Positions 9,356 through 18,689 of a stretch of DNA of 64,000 bases are shown one piece after another (position 1 is the first letter of the stretch; every line of letters begins with the position of its first letter). Both the position numbers and the translations under genes were made by a program. The notes under the pieces are model-generated. The model saw nothing but the letters and a program-made list of their open reading frames with translations, was not told the DNA's origin and did no database searches. Origin of the DNA: a virus; IMG/VR virus record IMGVR_UViG_3300028920_001037, positions 1-64,000 of that record, one strand, 5' to 3'.

Positions 9356-9709
9356 CTATCCACACTCATGTAAAATTTCTATATTACCAGAATTATGAAT
9401 CAAATCATTAAGAACATCATCATGATATGAAACTTCAACAAGAGCTAATGTTTTATCAGTATCATCATATTTCTTAATTTTCTCAATAGATTTATCATCA
9501 TCATACCAACTAGCAAGTTCCTTAATAATATCGTCTTTACCTTCAGCAACAACATTGTTATCACTATTGTAATAAGAAGCTTTTTCAATTAGCTGTAAAA
9601 TATTCATATCACTTCTACCACAATGAGGGCACTTGTTTATATTTTTATCAACAGCAATAACAAAAGAACTTGAACTACTGTTACTTACAAAACCTGTACG
9701 AATTTTCAT
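9356..9709 (-). CDS. GFVSNSS-motif protein 6
   Basis: MKIRTGFVSNSSSSSF, CPHC. Confidence 0.75.
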   Translation of the reverse strand: MKIRTGFVSNSSSSSFVIAVDKNINKCPHCGRSDMNILQLIEKASYYNSDNNVVAEGKDDIIKELASWYDDDKSIEKIKKYDDTDKTLALVEVSYHDDVLNDLIHNSGNIEILHECG

Positions 9710-10341
9710 ATCGTCAACCTTTCTGAATCATCTTTAAGATATAAGTTACACATTTTCAACAATTTACATGGTCTACAATAACCACATGCTTTATTTTTCT
9801 CAGTTGGACATTCACAAGTCCAAACATATTTTTCTAGTTTATTATTTCTAATGTCTGCTATTATACTATGTTTATCTTTCCATTTAAGGGGAAAGTTAAT
9901 CCAAATCTTTTTATTTAAAGCTTCTAAAATAGTTTGACCCATACTTTCATATTTAGAACATTGGTGCCAAAAATCATCACCACGGTGAAATCCAAACGAT
10001 ATAGTTGCATTGTCCGGCACAAACCATAATGAGTTTAACATCCAAAATGTTTGTTGTGGTAATAAATTATCAGCATATAATTTACCATAGTCAATTTTAA
10101 TAATATTATCTATTATATTCCAATTTTTCTTTTTAGCAAACTCTATAAACTTCTTTCGGTAACTTAACTCCAAAATTCTTTTTTCTTTACTGATTCCCTT
10201 TAAATCAAAATAAAGGGTATGACAACAACCGTGTTCTTTTAAAATATCATATAAAATTAATGTACTGTCATACCCACCAGACCATACAACCCAATTAGTC
10301 TTGTTTGTTGTTAAACTAGAATTATATATTGCTTTACCCAT
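9706..10341 (-). CDS. QueC-like PP-loop ATP pyrophosphatase
   Basis: SGGYDS PP-loop, PL...K, C-terminal WTC..P....CG.C.PC zinc site. Confidence 0.8.
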   Translation of the reverse strand: MGKAIYNSSLTTNKTNWVVWSGGYDSTLILYDILKEHGCCHTLYFDLKGISKEKRILELSYRKKFIEFAKKKNWNIIDNIIKIDYGKLYADNLLPQQTFWMLNSLWFVPDNATISFGFHRGDDFWHQCSKYESMGQTILEALNKKIWINFPLKWKDKHSIIADIRNNKLEKYVWTCECPTEKNKACGYCRPCKLLKMCNLYLKDDSERLTI

Positions 10342-10352
10342 TATTTAAATTT

Positions 10353-11390
10353 CTAAACATTATATATTGGACAATTCCTATGACAATCTAAAAGAGTCTT
10401 ACGAAACTTATTGACTCTTGGATGATTCCATATATCTCTAACAAAATCTTTGCATTCTAAAACATCAATACCATCAACCCATTCTCCAGAACCTTCGGCA
10501 AACGAACATGGAAAAAATTCAGCATTAACACCAATATACGAACTAAAACAACTTGATTCACAAGGTTCAGCCAACATTGCAAGTTCACCATAATCTTCTC
10601 GACCAGCAACTGCTTTGAGAAACTTATTAGCAGAACAACTGTCAAAACCAATCGGAACCTTTTTCTTAAATGCATAATCAATGAGTTTCTTAAACTCATC
10701 TTCTGTAACTGTATTGTATTTAGTTCCTCTACCCTTCTGTTTAAGTGAAAGGAATACAATAGCATTTAAACCTTTAATTCTTGGTTCATTCTTATAATCA
10801 TCAATAGTTTTAAACGCATCTTCATATGTTTCTTTACTTAACATATAATGAATATTAACCTGTTTCATTCCTCTATCGACTAGTTTCTTAACTGAATCAT
10901 AGCAAATATTATAGTTAGAATATCTTGATACAGCAACTGCTCCACATAGTTTGGCTAGCTTATCTGCTGTATCATCCGAAATATCAGCAACTGTTATATT
11001 AGGAACGATTTTCTTATACCTTGCATACTCCATCATCTTAAATAGTTCTGGATTAGATGTTGCTTGAGCGTCTGCACCAAAAGCTATTTGAGTTAATGTA
11101 TCTGGCATCTTATCCATTATCTTTTTGAATGTATCAAAAGACATATTAATTCCGTTAGGATTATTACTTTTGTAACAGAAAGGGCATAACTTTCCACCGG
11201 GTCCAGCACATTTAGTTGTAACTTCAATATCTAGAATCTCTGCACCGAATTCACAGAAGTCTGGATCTCTTTCCTTTGTACTTCCCCAACGAGCAAATAT
11301 ACCATTCTTCTTATTGAATACATAATTATATTCGGGTGAAGAAAGAATTTTATAAGTTTTATTTTCTTTAATCTCGTAAGTTGTTTCCAT
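10353..11390 (-). CDS. Radical SAM protein with Twitch/SPASM-like C-terminus (probable start 11390)
   Basis: Atypical Cx7CxxC (CAGPGGKLCPFC); C-terminal PCES...YI......PCSF...CP; RBS before METTY. Confidence 0.85.
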   Translation of the reverse strand: METTYEIKENKTYKILSSPEYNYVFNKKNGIFARWGSTKERDPDFCEFGAEILDIEVTTKCAGPGGKLCPFCYKSNNPNGINMSFDTFKKIMDKMPDTLTQIAFGADAQATSNPELFKMMEYARYKKIVPNITVADISDDTADKLAKLCGAVAVSRYSNYNICYDSVKKLVDRGMKQVNIHYMLSKETYEDAFKTIDDYKNEPRIKGLNAIVFLSLKQKGRGTKYNTVTEDEFKKLIDYAFKKKVPIGFDSCSANKFLKAVAGREDYGELAMLAEPCESSCFSSYIGVNAEFFPCSFAEGSGEWVDGIDVLECKDFVRDIWNHPRVNKFRKTLLDCHRNCPIYNV

Positions 11391-11658
11391 ACTTAACTTC
11401 CTCATGTCTTGTATCATAAATTTCAAAATCTAACAGTTTATGTCTTGGTGTAGTAATTAACAGAAATAGACCATCATGGTCACCTTTCCAATTAATATCA
11501 ATGTCTATCCTAAGTAGTCCAAATCCTGTGTGCAATCGAAAACATTTCTTAGTGATAGTTATTTCACATCCGAAATTATAAACCGGATATTCATCCCAAT
11601 TTTTTTCCGAACATATTTCTACATGACAATTTTTACTAACTGGAAAATCAATATTCAT
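11368..11658 (-). CDS. Hypothetical protein
   Basis: ORF translationally coupled to pncB. Confidence 0.5.
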   Translation of the reverse strand: MNIDFPVSKNCHVEICSEKNWDEYPVYNFGCEITITKKCFRLHTGFGLLRIDIDINWKGDHDGLFLLITTPRHKLLDFEIYDTRHEEVKYGNNLRD

Positions 11659-12905
11659 TAATAAACCGTCTCCACATCTGTTTGTTCAGGTTGAAAAATG
11701 CTCTGATACATTTGTATATAAGCTGGAGTTCCTGTTGCTTTCTTAATGTTATCGCTAAGCTTAACTGTTTGTTCTTCATTGACACCAGTTGCTTTAATAA
11801 CTATACTTAATGGTTTAATTCCAACAGAATTTGTAAGATCTGTTCCCCAACCGAAATATACTTTAAACTTATCTTTAAACTCTTCTTGTATTTTAACCAT
11901 CTTATCTACATTCAAACCATCCGAAAAGATAACCTTTTTCGTTTTAGTATCTATTCCGAACTTCTTATAATGTTCAATCATTTTATAACCGAACTTAATT
12001 GGGTCGCCCGAATCTTGTCTAACACCTACACATTTAGTTGCAAGTTCTTCGTCAAAGTCTTTAAGGAAAGCATTAGTTCCAAACGTATCTGTAAGCATGA
12101 TACTTAATGGTTCACCATAATAATCATACCATTCGTTCATAGCTTTCTTTTGGGCATCTAATAAACTCTTAGAATCAGGAAGAGTTAAACAATCTCCTGC
12201 ACTTCTTTCATACTCAATAGCTGCCCTAACCATAAAAAATTCATGAGCTTGTGTTCCTATTGGATTAAGACCAAGTTCTTTAGCCATTAAATAGTTCGAT
12301 GTTCCCAATATATTATTAGGACATTCATCTCTACAAATTTCAAGAATAGCTTTCTGCCAGTTACCCGAATGTCTTCGTCTTGTTCCAAAGTCTATAAACT
12401 TAATATCATGTTTTTTAATTATCTTTATTTTTTCTTGAAGCTTTCCAATAGCATCATTTCTCATTTTATAAATACAAGTATCGGTTAATCCTTCTAATAC
12501 CGATCTAGCAAACAGTTCGTTTATGATACCAAGAATCATTGTTTCATATAAAATCGAACATTGCCAACGATTAGTAAAATGCAAGTTGAGTTTATCATGT
12601 TGTAATTGATATGTAAATTCTGTATCATATTTTTGTCTTGCCAACATATTAATAAAATGGTCTTTATATTCTGGTTGGTTTTTTAAATATGTCAAATCAT
12701 CATAGCTAAAGCGCAGGCTTTTCATATGATTGATTTGTTCAACTAGTTCATCCATGTCAAGAAAATTGGCTAGTTTTATTGACATTGTTCTATTACTAAA
12801 CGAATAAGTAACTTTCTCATTTGGATACAGGTCATTAACAATTTGGCACATTGTTAGTTTATACTTATCCAAATCCAACATGCTATCAATAATAGGTTTA
12901 TCCAT
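11658..12905 (-). CDS. pncB: Nicotinate phosphoribosyltransferase
   Basis: LDLDKYKLTM, DFGTRRR, GTSN, GTQAHE, LTDTFG, GVRQDSGDP, IFSDGL, FGWGT, KLSD. Confidence 0.95.
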   Translation of the reverse strand: MDKPIIDSMLDLDKYKLTMCQIVNDLYPNEKVTYSFSNRTMSIKLANFLDMDELVEQINHMKSLRFSYDDLTYLKNQPEYKDHFINMLARQKYDTEFTYQLQHDKLNLHFTNRWQCSILYETMILGIINELFARSVLEGLTDTCIYKMRNDAIGKLQEKIKIIKKHDIKFIDFGTRRRHSGNWQKAILEICRDECPNNILGTSNYLMAKELGLNPIGTQAHEFFMVRAAIEYERSAGDCLTLPDSKSLLDAQKKAMNEWYDYYGEPLSIMLTDTFGTNAFLKDFDEELATKCVGVRQDSGDPIKFGYKMIEHYKKFGIDTKTKKVIFSDGLNVDKMVKIQEEFKDKFKVYFGWGTDLTNSVGIKPLSIVIKATGVNEEQTVKLSDNIKKATGTPAYIQMYQSIFQPEQTDVETVY

Positions 12906-12926
12906 ATAAAAATCCTTTCATATTAT

Positions 12927-12955
12927 AATATAATACAAAATGGGTTAAATGTCAA
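12927..12955 (-). promoter_or_regulatory. Sigma70-like early promoter (pncB operon)
   Basis: TTGACA-N17-TATATT. Confidence 0.75.
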
Positions 12956-12965
12956 GGTAAATATA

Positions 12966-13163
12966 TTAGTTACTTATTTTATTCTTTAGCCAGTAATCTC
13001 TAAATATAAAAAGCTTATCAGCAGCTTCATGTAGGTCTGCATCGGTAATTCCGTTGCCAACTTCGATTAATGTATCTAATACATCTTCAATAATTAGCCG
13101 GGCATCATCGTCTGTTAAATTCTTAACATCTTTATTTTTTTCTAAATCAAAAAAATATTTCAT
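12966..13163 (-). CDS. Hypothetical protein
   Basis: GGAG RBS; abuts the upstream gene. Confidence 0.55.
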   Translation of the reverse strand: MKYFFDLEKNKDVKNLTDDDARLIIEDVLDTLIEVGNGITDADLHEAADKLFIFRDYWLKNKISN

Positions 13164-13424
13164 TTATTCTCCAATTGAGAGGTCAATTGTTTTATTAGGG
13201 TCATCAATATTAAAATCTTTAATTGGTGGGAACTGAATTAGTTGCAGACTTTCATCTTCAAAAAAGAAGTTTAGCTTTCCACTTCCATCACCATCAACGC
13301 TAATTTTAATATCACGACTAGCTCCCTGTCGGCCAAGACTTTGAATTGCAGAACATACTTTAAAGAATTCTGCAAGTTCAGTCTTACTACCCATTACAAT
13401 CATTTTAGCTTTAAGTACATCCAT
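13164..13424 (-). CDS. Hypothetical protein (probable start MDVLK at 13424)
   Basis: G..GASR.I...VDGDG motif; AGGAG RBS. Confidence 0.55.
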   Translation of the reverse strand: MDVLKAKMIVMGSKTELAEFFKVCSAIQSLGRQGASRDIKISVDGDGSGKLNFFFEDESLQLIQFPPIKDFNIDDPNKTIDLSIGE

Positions 13425-13425
13425 A

Positions 13426-13599
13426 TTATCTCCTAAAATATTTTCTATGTTCTTCTGGCACAAGTACATGAGAAATAGGTTTAACTATTTCCCCTGCTTC
13501 AGTTACTGGTATAGCAACTAATCTTTTAATATTATTAACAATTAAAAGTGTATATAGTTTATCATCCCTAGTATCTTTATATACTTTATATCTTTTCAT
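13426..13599 (-). CDS. Hypothetical protein (probable start MKRYK)
   Basis: Immediately downstream of the promoter at 13606-13634. Confidence 0.45.
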   Translation of the reverse strand: MKRYKVYKDTRDDKLYTLLIVNNIKRLVAIPVTEAGEIVKPISHVLVPEEHRKYFRR

Positions 13600-13605
13600 A
13601 TATAT

Positions 13606-13634
13606 AATATAATACATTATTATTTAAAAGTCAA
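13606..13634 (-). promoter_or_regulatory. Sigma70-like early promoter
   Basis: TTGACT-N17-TATATT. Confidence 0.75.
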
Positions 13635-13643
13635 GTTAAAAAT

Positions 13644-13651
13644 TATAAATA
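13644..13651 (+). promoter_or_regulatory. Late promoter TATAAATA for the endonuclease gene
   Basis: Exact octamer immediately before the structured leader. Confidence 0.7.
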
Positions 13652-13658
13652 TATTAAA

Positions 13659-13740
13659 GTAGGGAGACAGATGGTTGCAACCATTTTCTTTGCCTGAACA
13701 AAGATTATCTCTACATTAACTTCAATCACCTTTCAGGAGG
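13659..13740 (+). ncRNA. Endonuclease-leader RNA motif, copy A (three-way junction + SD-sequestering pseudoknot)
   Basis: GTAGGGA/TCTCTAC, GACAG, ATGGT-TGCA-ACCAT, TTT, CTTTG-[CCTGAA]-CAAAG, ATTA; loop pairs with TTCAGG at 13732-13737 overlapping AGGAGG. Confidence 0.7.
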
Positions 13741-13744
13741 TATT

Positions 13745-14650
13745 ATGTTTTCAACAGCGGATTTTATTAAAAGAGCTAAACTTATTCATGGTAATAAATA
13801 TGATTATTCTAAAACTAATCATATCAATTCAAAAACTAAACTTTGTATTATTTGTCCAAAACATAAAGAATTTTGGACTCTTCCACATAATCATTTAAAA
13901 GGTCAGGGTTGTCCAAATTGTTACAATGAAATTCGAGGAATCAAATCGAAAATATCTAAAAAATTTTTTATTGATTCTTGTAATAAAATTCATAATAACA
14001 AATATAAATATGATATAAATACTTTCAATGGAATGACTAGCCGTATTAAAATTAAATGCCCTATTCATGGTTTATTTTTTAAAATTGCATATGCTCATTT
14101 AACTTCTAAACAGGGTTGCCAAAAATGCTCTTATGAAAGCCAACTAAAACCTTTAAGCAGTTTTATAACCGAATCTAATAAAATTCATAATAATAAATAT
14201 AAATATAACAATTTTATTTATTTAGGAGCATTTAAAAAAAGTTATATAACATGTTATATACATGGCGATTTTTTACAAGATCCGCATTCACATTTAAAAG
14301 GCCATGGTTGCCCAAAATGTAATTCATCTAAAGGTGAATTAGTTGTTGAACAATATTTAAAAGAACATAATATTAAATTTAAACGTCAATATAAATTTAA
14401 AGATTGTAAAGATAAAAAACCTTTACCTTTTGATTTTTATTTGCCTAATTTTAATATATGTATCGAATATGATGGTGAACAACATTTTGGTAAATGGTTT
14501 ACAAAAATAAAAATAGATTTTAATATTATAAAATTACATGATAATATAAAAAACGAATATTGTAAAAATAATAATATTAAACTAATAAGAATACCTTATA
14601 CTAAAATAAATAAAATTAATACTATATTATCTAATATAATGAACTATTAA
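13745..14650 (+). CDS. Free-standing homing endonuclease (DUF723-like zinc repeats + Vsr-like PD-(D/E)XK domain)
   Basis: Three H.NKY.Y...C..H..F.....HL..GC.KC repeats, SKGE, PFDFYLP...IEYDGEQH, LIRIPY; opposite strand to its neighbours. Confidence 0.85.
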   Translation: MFSTADFIKRAKLIHGNKYDYSKTNHINSKTKLCIICPKHKEFWTLPHNHLKGQGCPNCYNEIRGIKSKISKKFFIDSCNKIHNNKYKYDINTFNGMTSRIKIKCPIHGLFFKIAYAHLTSKQGCQKCSYESQLKPLSSFITESNKIHNNKYKYNNFIYLGAFKKSYITCYIHGDFLQDPHSHLKGHGCPKCNSSKGELVVEQYLKEHNIKFKRQYKFKDCKDKKPLPFDFYLPNFNICIEYDGEQHFGKWFTKIKIDFNIIKLHDNIKNEYCKNNNIKLIRIPYTKINKINTILSNIMNY

Positions 14651-15107
14651 AAGCTTTATAAAATATATTAATAGCTTTTTGTTTTAACATATCATCAACA
14701 GTATCAAAATACCAACTTACCATATTACATATAAAAGGATGCTTTTTATATAGTTCATTATCGCTTATAAGAATAATAGGTTTCCTAAATTCATACGCAA
14801 AAGCTATTTCCATGATAGTTCCTAACATAGGTCTTTCAACACCAAAGTTTTCCATATAAGCTATAAACAAATCACATGTTTTAATAGCTATATAATCTTT
14901 ATCTAATATAGCTTTAGTTGGTACATTAGATGTTAATCCATCTGGTGATACATTATCTTCACCATTCAAAGGGTTTAAAAAACAAAGGTCACCATAATTT
15001 TTACCTGTATTTTTCCAGTTAGTATAATGTTTAATTACTTTATGGCGCCACTCTCTACATTTTTCAATATTTTTTCCATCGATTATACCCGCAAGATAAA
15101 CTTTCAT
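14631..15107 (-). CDS. Nucleoside 2-deoxyribosyltransferase-like protein
   Basis: VYLAG, NPL, D..AI..CD, GT.MEIAFA...KP. Confidence 0.8.
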   Translation of the reverse strand: MKVYLAGIIDGKNIEKCREWRHKVIKHYTNWKNTGKNYGDLCFLNPLNGEDNVSPDGLTSNVPTKAILDKDYIAIKTCDLFIAYMENFGVERPMLGTIMEIAFAYEFRKPIILISDNELYKKHPFICNMVSWYFDTVDDMLKQKAINIFYKAFNSSLY

Positions 15108-15109
15108 AA

Positions 15110-15634
15110 TTAAAACCTCCTTATATTAACATCGGCTCTTTCAATTGAAGCCTTTACTGTATCTTCTAATGTATTATGAATCTTTGGTATACTTACTTTA
15201 CCAAAACCTTTATCCAACCAAACAGCTTCCCACATAATATCTGAATAACTAATTCTATATGCATTATCAGGTCTACCATAAACAACCTTATATAGTTCTC
15301 TACCAATCCAATATCCCAGTTCCCAATTAGTTGTAAGTCCAATTAATTCTCTCGTTCTTGGAATCCAAAACAAAATACAATTGGCTCTTTTCAATCCATT
15401 AAACTCCCAAAGTGGAATCCAAGATTTGTTTTTATCTGATTCAGTTTTACTTACAAACTCGGGAACAACTAATGAACCGGTGAATCCTTGTCTTTCAAAC
15501 TCTTCAATAGCAGCGAATCTCCACGAAGTTAAATGGGTTTGGTTACCTCTAACAGTCGGCCCTGCCAAAAAAATAACCGGACCTTTTACATTTTTAACCT
15601 GTTCTTTTGATTGTTCATACCTGAATACATTCAT
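15110..15634 (-). CDS. Nucleoside 2-deoxyribosyltransferase-like (type 2) protein
   Basis: IFLAGP...SWR...PE...WE..GL..A..ILFW.PR...TTN.ELG. Confidence 0.8.
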   Translation of the reverse strand: MNVFRYEQSKEQVKNVKGPVIFLAGPTVRGNQTHLTSWRFAAIEEFERQGFTGSLVVPEFVSKTESDKNKSWIPLWEFNGLKRANCILFWIPRTRELIGLTTNWELGYWIGRELYKVVYGRPDNAYRISYSDIMWEAVWLDKGFGKVSIPKIHNTLEDTVKASIERADVNIRRF

Positions 15635-16743
15635 TATAACCTCACTCTTGTTTTACTTTCTTCCCAACCCTGATTAGTTATTTCAACAAATTTTACTTTC
15701 TTTCTAAACTCTTCCCAGTTTCTACAACCAGCATAATATGAAACAGCAGATTGTAAATTGCCAATAATGTTATTAACAATTTCTTTTGTTTCACCTGTAT
15801 ATGGGATTTGACCTGATTCACCTTCAATTGAAATCGCAGTCTTTTCACTTTTAAGTTTACTTGAAGCTTCCTTACTTGCCATTCCACTATATGAAACCCA
15901 TCTAATTTCTTTTGGATTCTCTGTTAAATCACCAGCTTCATCTAACTTATCTCCGTTAGAAAGACTAGTTGAGGCCAGCATCTTTCCCAACATACACATA
16001 TCTGCACCGGCAGCTATTGCTTTGCATATATCTCCCGGTGTTTCTATTCCACCATCGGCAATTAGATATGCTGTATCTTTAACTTTTGCACAATCAAAAA
16101 CAGAAGTCAATGTAGGTAATCCAAAACCAGTATTAGTTCTTGTTGTACAAATACTGCCACCACCAATACCAACTCTTATAAAGTTAGCACCAGCATCCTG
16201 TAGTCTTGCATATCCACTCCTTGTAGCAACATTTCCGGCCATGATATTTGTTGTTACCCAATTTGGACTGTTTTTTGAAATAAACTTAATAGTTTCAATG
16301 CTTGCTTTGGTATCTCCATTTGCAACATCAACAACAAATCCAAAATTATATCTATTGGCATTTTTATATTCTAATAATCTTTCAATCCATTTTCTCCATT
16401 TAGCAACTATTCCAACAGCCAAAAAAACTGTAGGTTGTTGTTCTTCTTTAAATTCACAATCTTCATAGAATTGGATTTGTTCATTAACATTTGCAAAACA
16501 TCTATCAATAGTTACTGGTAAATTAAATTCATGTGATAGACATTTAATCATTTTAACACTACAAACTTTATCCATTGGTGAATTAATAATTGGCGCCTTT
16601 ACTATAAAAGATTCACAGTTAGCTGGTAAGAAATCAGAACCATATTTATAGCTTATATCAGCATCCGTTAGATGATCTAAATTAGAATTTCTAGGAACCA
16701 ACAACACATCATTGTACGACAATACTCTACGAATGTCATTCAT
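15634..16743 (-). CDS. IMP dehydrogenase / GMP reductase family protein (no CBS domains)
   Basis: YNDVLLVP, SPMD, DVANG, AGNVAT, VGIGGGSICTTR, IADGG, GMAS, EG. Confidence 0.9.
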   Translation of the reverse strand: MNDIRRVLSYNDVLLVPRNSNLDHLTDADISYKYGSDFLPANCESFIVKAPIINSPMDKVCSVKMIKCLSHEFNLPVTIDRCFANVNEQIQFYEDCEFKEEQQPTVFLAVGIVAKWRKWIERLLEYKNANRYNFGFVVDVANGDTKASIETIKFISKNSPNWVTTNIMAGNVATRSGYARLQDAGANFIRVGIGGGSICTTRTNTGFGLPTLTSVFDCAKVKDTAYLIADGGIETPGDICKAIAAGADMCMLGKMLASTSLSNGDKLDEAGDLTENPKEIRWVSYSGMASKEASSKLKSEKTAISIEGESGQIPYTGETKEIVNNIIGNLQSAVSYYAGCRNWEEFRKKVKFVEITNQGWEESKTRVRL

Positions 16744-16745
16744 TT

Positions 16746-16940
16746 TTAATACCCCAATTCTCTTTCCGATATAAGTGTACGTGCATCATCAAACATTACA
16801 GCTAAACTATCATAAACTTCATAATCTTCATCAGAACAATCGTTCATAATTTCATGAACTTCATTTCTTTTATTTAAAAGATAACTTTGAACTTCCTGTT
16901 TAATTTTTTCAGCGTTTGTCATACTTTTATTTAAATCCAT
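16746..16940 (-). CDS. Hypothetical protein (probable start 16940)
   Basis: AGGAG RBS before MDLNK. Confidence 0.5.
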   Translation of the reverse strand: MDLNKSMTNAEKIKQEVQSYLLNKRNEVHEIMNDCSDEDYEVYDSLAVMFDDARTLISERELGY

Positions 16941-17250
16941 GTTTAATAACTCCTTCACCATGACAACATTTACAAGTATCATATCCATCAATATCATATG
17001 ATGATAACACACAATCCGTTGATGTTATTATTATTGTACCTAATGTGCAGTCTGAATTTCCAACATTGATAATTTCAAGTTCGCACCAACATATCCCACA
17101 ACCTTTAAGTTTAAGTAAAACAGATTCATCTATAAAACTACCTTTACCAGATTTTATTGAGTGTGAATATAACTTCCTATATTGTTTTGGTTTTATATTA
17201 TTACCATAACATATAGACGATACTTTAAGGTGTTGGTTCATTTCATTCAT
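16927..17250 (-). CDS. Hypothetical Cys-containing protein
   Basis: C-terminal CKCCHGEG. Confidence 0.45.
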   Translation of the reverse strand: MNEMNQHLKVSSICYGNNIKPKQYRKLYSHSIKSGKGSFIDESVLLKLKGCGICWCELEIINVGNSDCTLGTIIITSTDCVLSSYDIDGYDTCKCCHGEGVIKHGFK

Positions 17251-17252
17251 AA

Positions 17253-17657
17253 CTAACCTTTCTCATATGGAAAAACCACCCATTTTGTATTCATCTTAGC
17301 ATAGAAGTCCGGTTCAATTGGACTATCTTTATGTTTAAAAATGGTAGCTAACTTACATTTAGTCTTATCAAAGTTAAGTGAATTAATTGTTTCACCTGTA
17401 TCACAAATGTCATCGACTATCAACATATTATTACATAACCTACAGTTAAGAATCTCTACAAATTCTATACCTAATTGATGTGATATGATAGTTGCTGGAA
17501 ATAAACCTCCACGGGGTATGCCATATACGCAATCAAACTTACTTTTAGATTGTTTGATTTTCTTTATCAATCTATTAATATAATATATATATTCGTCCCA
17601 GTCAAGTAAAAATTTACCTTTACCTCGACTTAGACTTCTTTGTCTGGCATTTTTCAT
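17253..17657 (-). CDS. Type I phosphoribosyltransferase (xanthine/guanine PRT-like)
   Basis: GIPRGG, LIVDDICDTGET PRPP-binding loop, WVVFPYE. Confidence 0.9.
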   Translation of the reverse strand: MKNARQRSLSRGKGKFLLDWDEYIYYINRLIKKIKQSKSKFDCVYGIPRGGLFPATIISHQLGIEFVEILNCRLCNNMLIVDDICDTGETINSLNFDKTKCKLATIFKHKDSPIEPDFYAKMNTKWVVFPYEKG

Positions 17658-18393
17658 TTTGAACCTTTAAATTCAATATTTCATCAAAACTATCAGACCA
17701 ATTCTTTTTACAATAATCAGTTGTTACAAACCATTTAAGCCATCTACGATTAATTTCAGAAGTTTCAACACGAATATATTTAGGATTACGTTCTAATGTA
17801 TGTCCAACAAAACCATCTTTGTTTTCGTATTTCTTTCCATTTTTAAACATAAAATATTTCTGATGATTATTATATTCTTTTTTGGTTAGAAAATCTTCAT
17901 CAGTCCATTCACCATAAGTCTTTAAAAACTTTTTGCCGATATTAATTAACAATTCTTCATAAGTTCTACCATTAGCATCAACACCGTGATACAATTGCCA
18001 TTCTCTTATGTCATGATATTTTGATAAGTCTTTACCATGAAAAACTACAAAAGACATTTCGCCCCAGTATTCAACATGGTCAAACTTCCATTTCTCACCA
18101 TAAATAACTTCATAAGGAACATCAGCATATATTAATGCAGAGAAATCCTTTTCACCTGATTCTTTTAGTTCCTTATCAAAGTATTTTTTATACTTAGCAT
18201 AATTCTTTTTATTATAAGGAATATGAATTCCATCCTTACCAGCCCAATGTGAATAACCATGTTTACAAACTTCTTGTAGACTATGCCACAATAATTGCTC
18301 AACTGTATAAACAAGTGAACATGAAGTTGCTGGGTGCTGATTAAGCTTCGACAATATGTTATTATATTTTTTACATATCTTTCTAGTAATCAT
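17620..18393 (-). CDS. Hypothetical protein
   Basis: 257-aa ORF within the operon. Confidence 0.6.
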   Translation of the reverse strand: MITRKICKKYNNILSKLNQHPATSCSLVYTVEQLLWHSLQEVCKHGYSHWAGKDGIHIPYNKKNYAKYKKYFDKELKESGEKDFSALIYADVPYEVIYGEKWKFDHVEYWGEMSFVVFHGKDLSKYHDIREWQLYHGVDANGRTYEELLINIGKKFLKTYGEWTDEDFLTKKEYNNHQKYFMFKNGKKYENKDGFVGHTLERNPKYIRVETSEINRRWLKWFVTTDYCKKNWSDSFDEILNLKVQNEKCQTKKSKSR

Positions 18394-18656
18394 ATTACAT
18401 CACCATTTTCCTTTATTTTTAGATCCTCATAATGTGCAAGTATTCTACGTTCAATTTCATTTGCACATTGTCTTAGTTCTCCAATGAAATTTTTATAGTT
18501 ATTATAACTTGGTTCAACAGTATCTTGACAGAATTTATATAGAACATAGTTAAGTTTACCATCAGGTTTGACACCAGTATGTATCATATTACGAACAACC
18601 ATATTCATTGTTGGTCTATCTTCTTTTTTAATATATGGCATATTAACTCCTTTCAA
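18390..18656 (-). CDS. DUF6899-like protein
   Basis: MPYIK..R...G.LNY...Y......IG.L.....E..RR....YED.KI.ENGDV. Confidence 0.7.
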   Translation of the reverse strand: MKGVNMPYIKKEDRPTMNMVVRNMIHTGVKPDGKLNYVLYKFCQDTVEPSYNNYKNFIGELRQCANEIERRILAHYEDLKIKENGDVI

Positions 18657-18660
18657 TTAT

Positions 18661-18689
18661 AATATAATATATTTCAATAGAAATGTCAA
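18661..18689 (-). promoter_or_regulatory. Sigma70-like early promoter
   Basis: TTGACA-N17-TATATT. Confidence 0.75.

Noticed and set aside
7213-9691. GTAAGT in the GFVSNSS genes resembles a spliceosomal donor site
   Set aside because: Prokaryotic phage context with uninterrupted ORFs; it simply encodes Val-Ser.
9706-11390. Reading QueC + radical SAM as a 7-deazaguanine DNA-modification (queC/queE) pathway
   Set aside because: The radical SAM protein is longer than QueE and has a SPASM-like tail, and no folE, queD or dpdA is in the window. Not excluded genome-wide, so no gene symbol was given.
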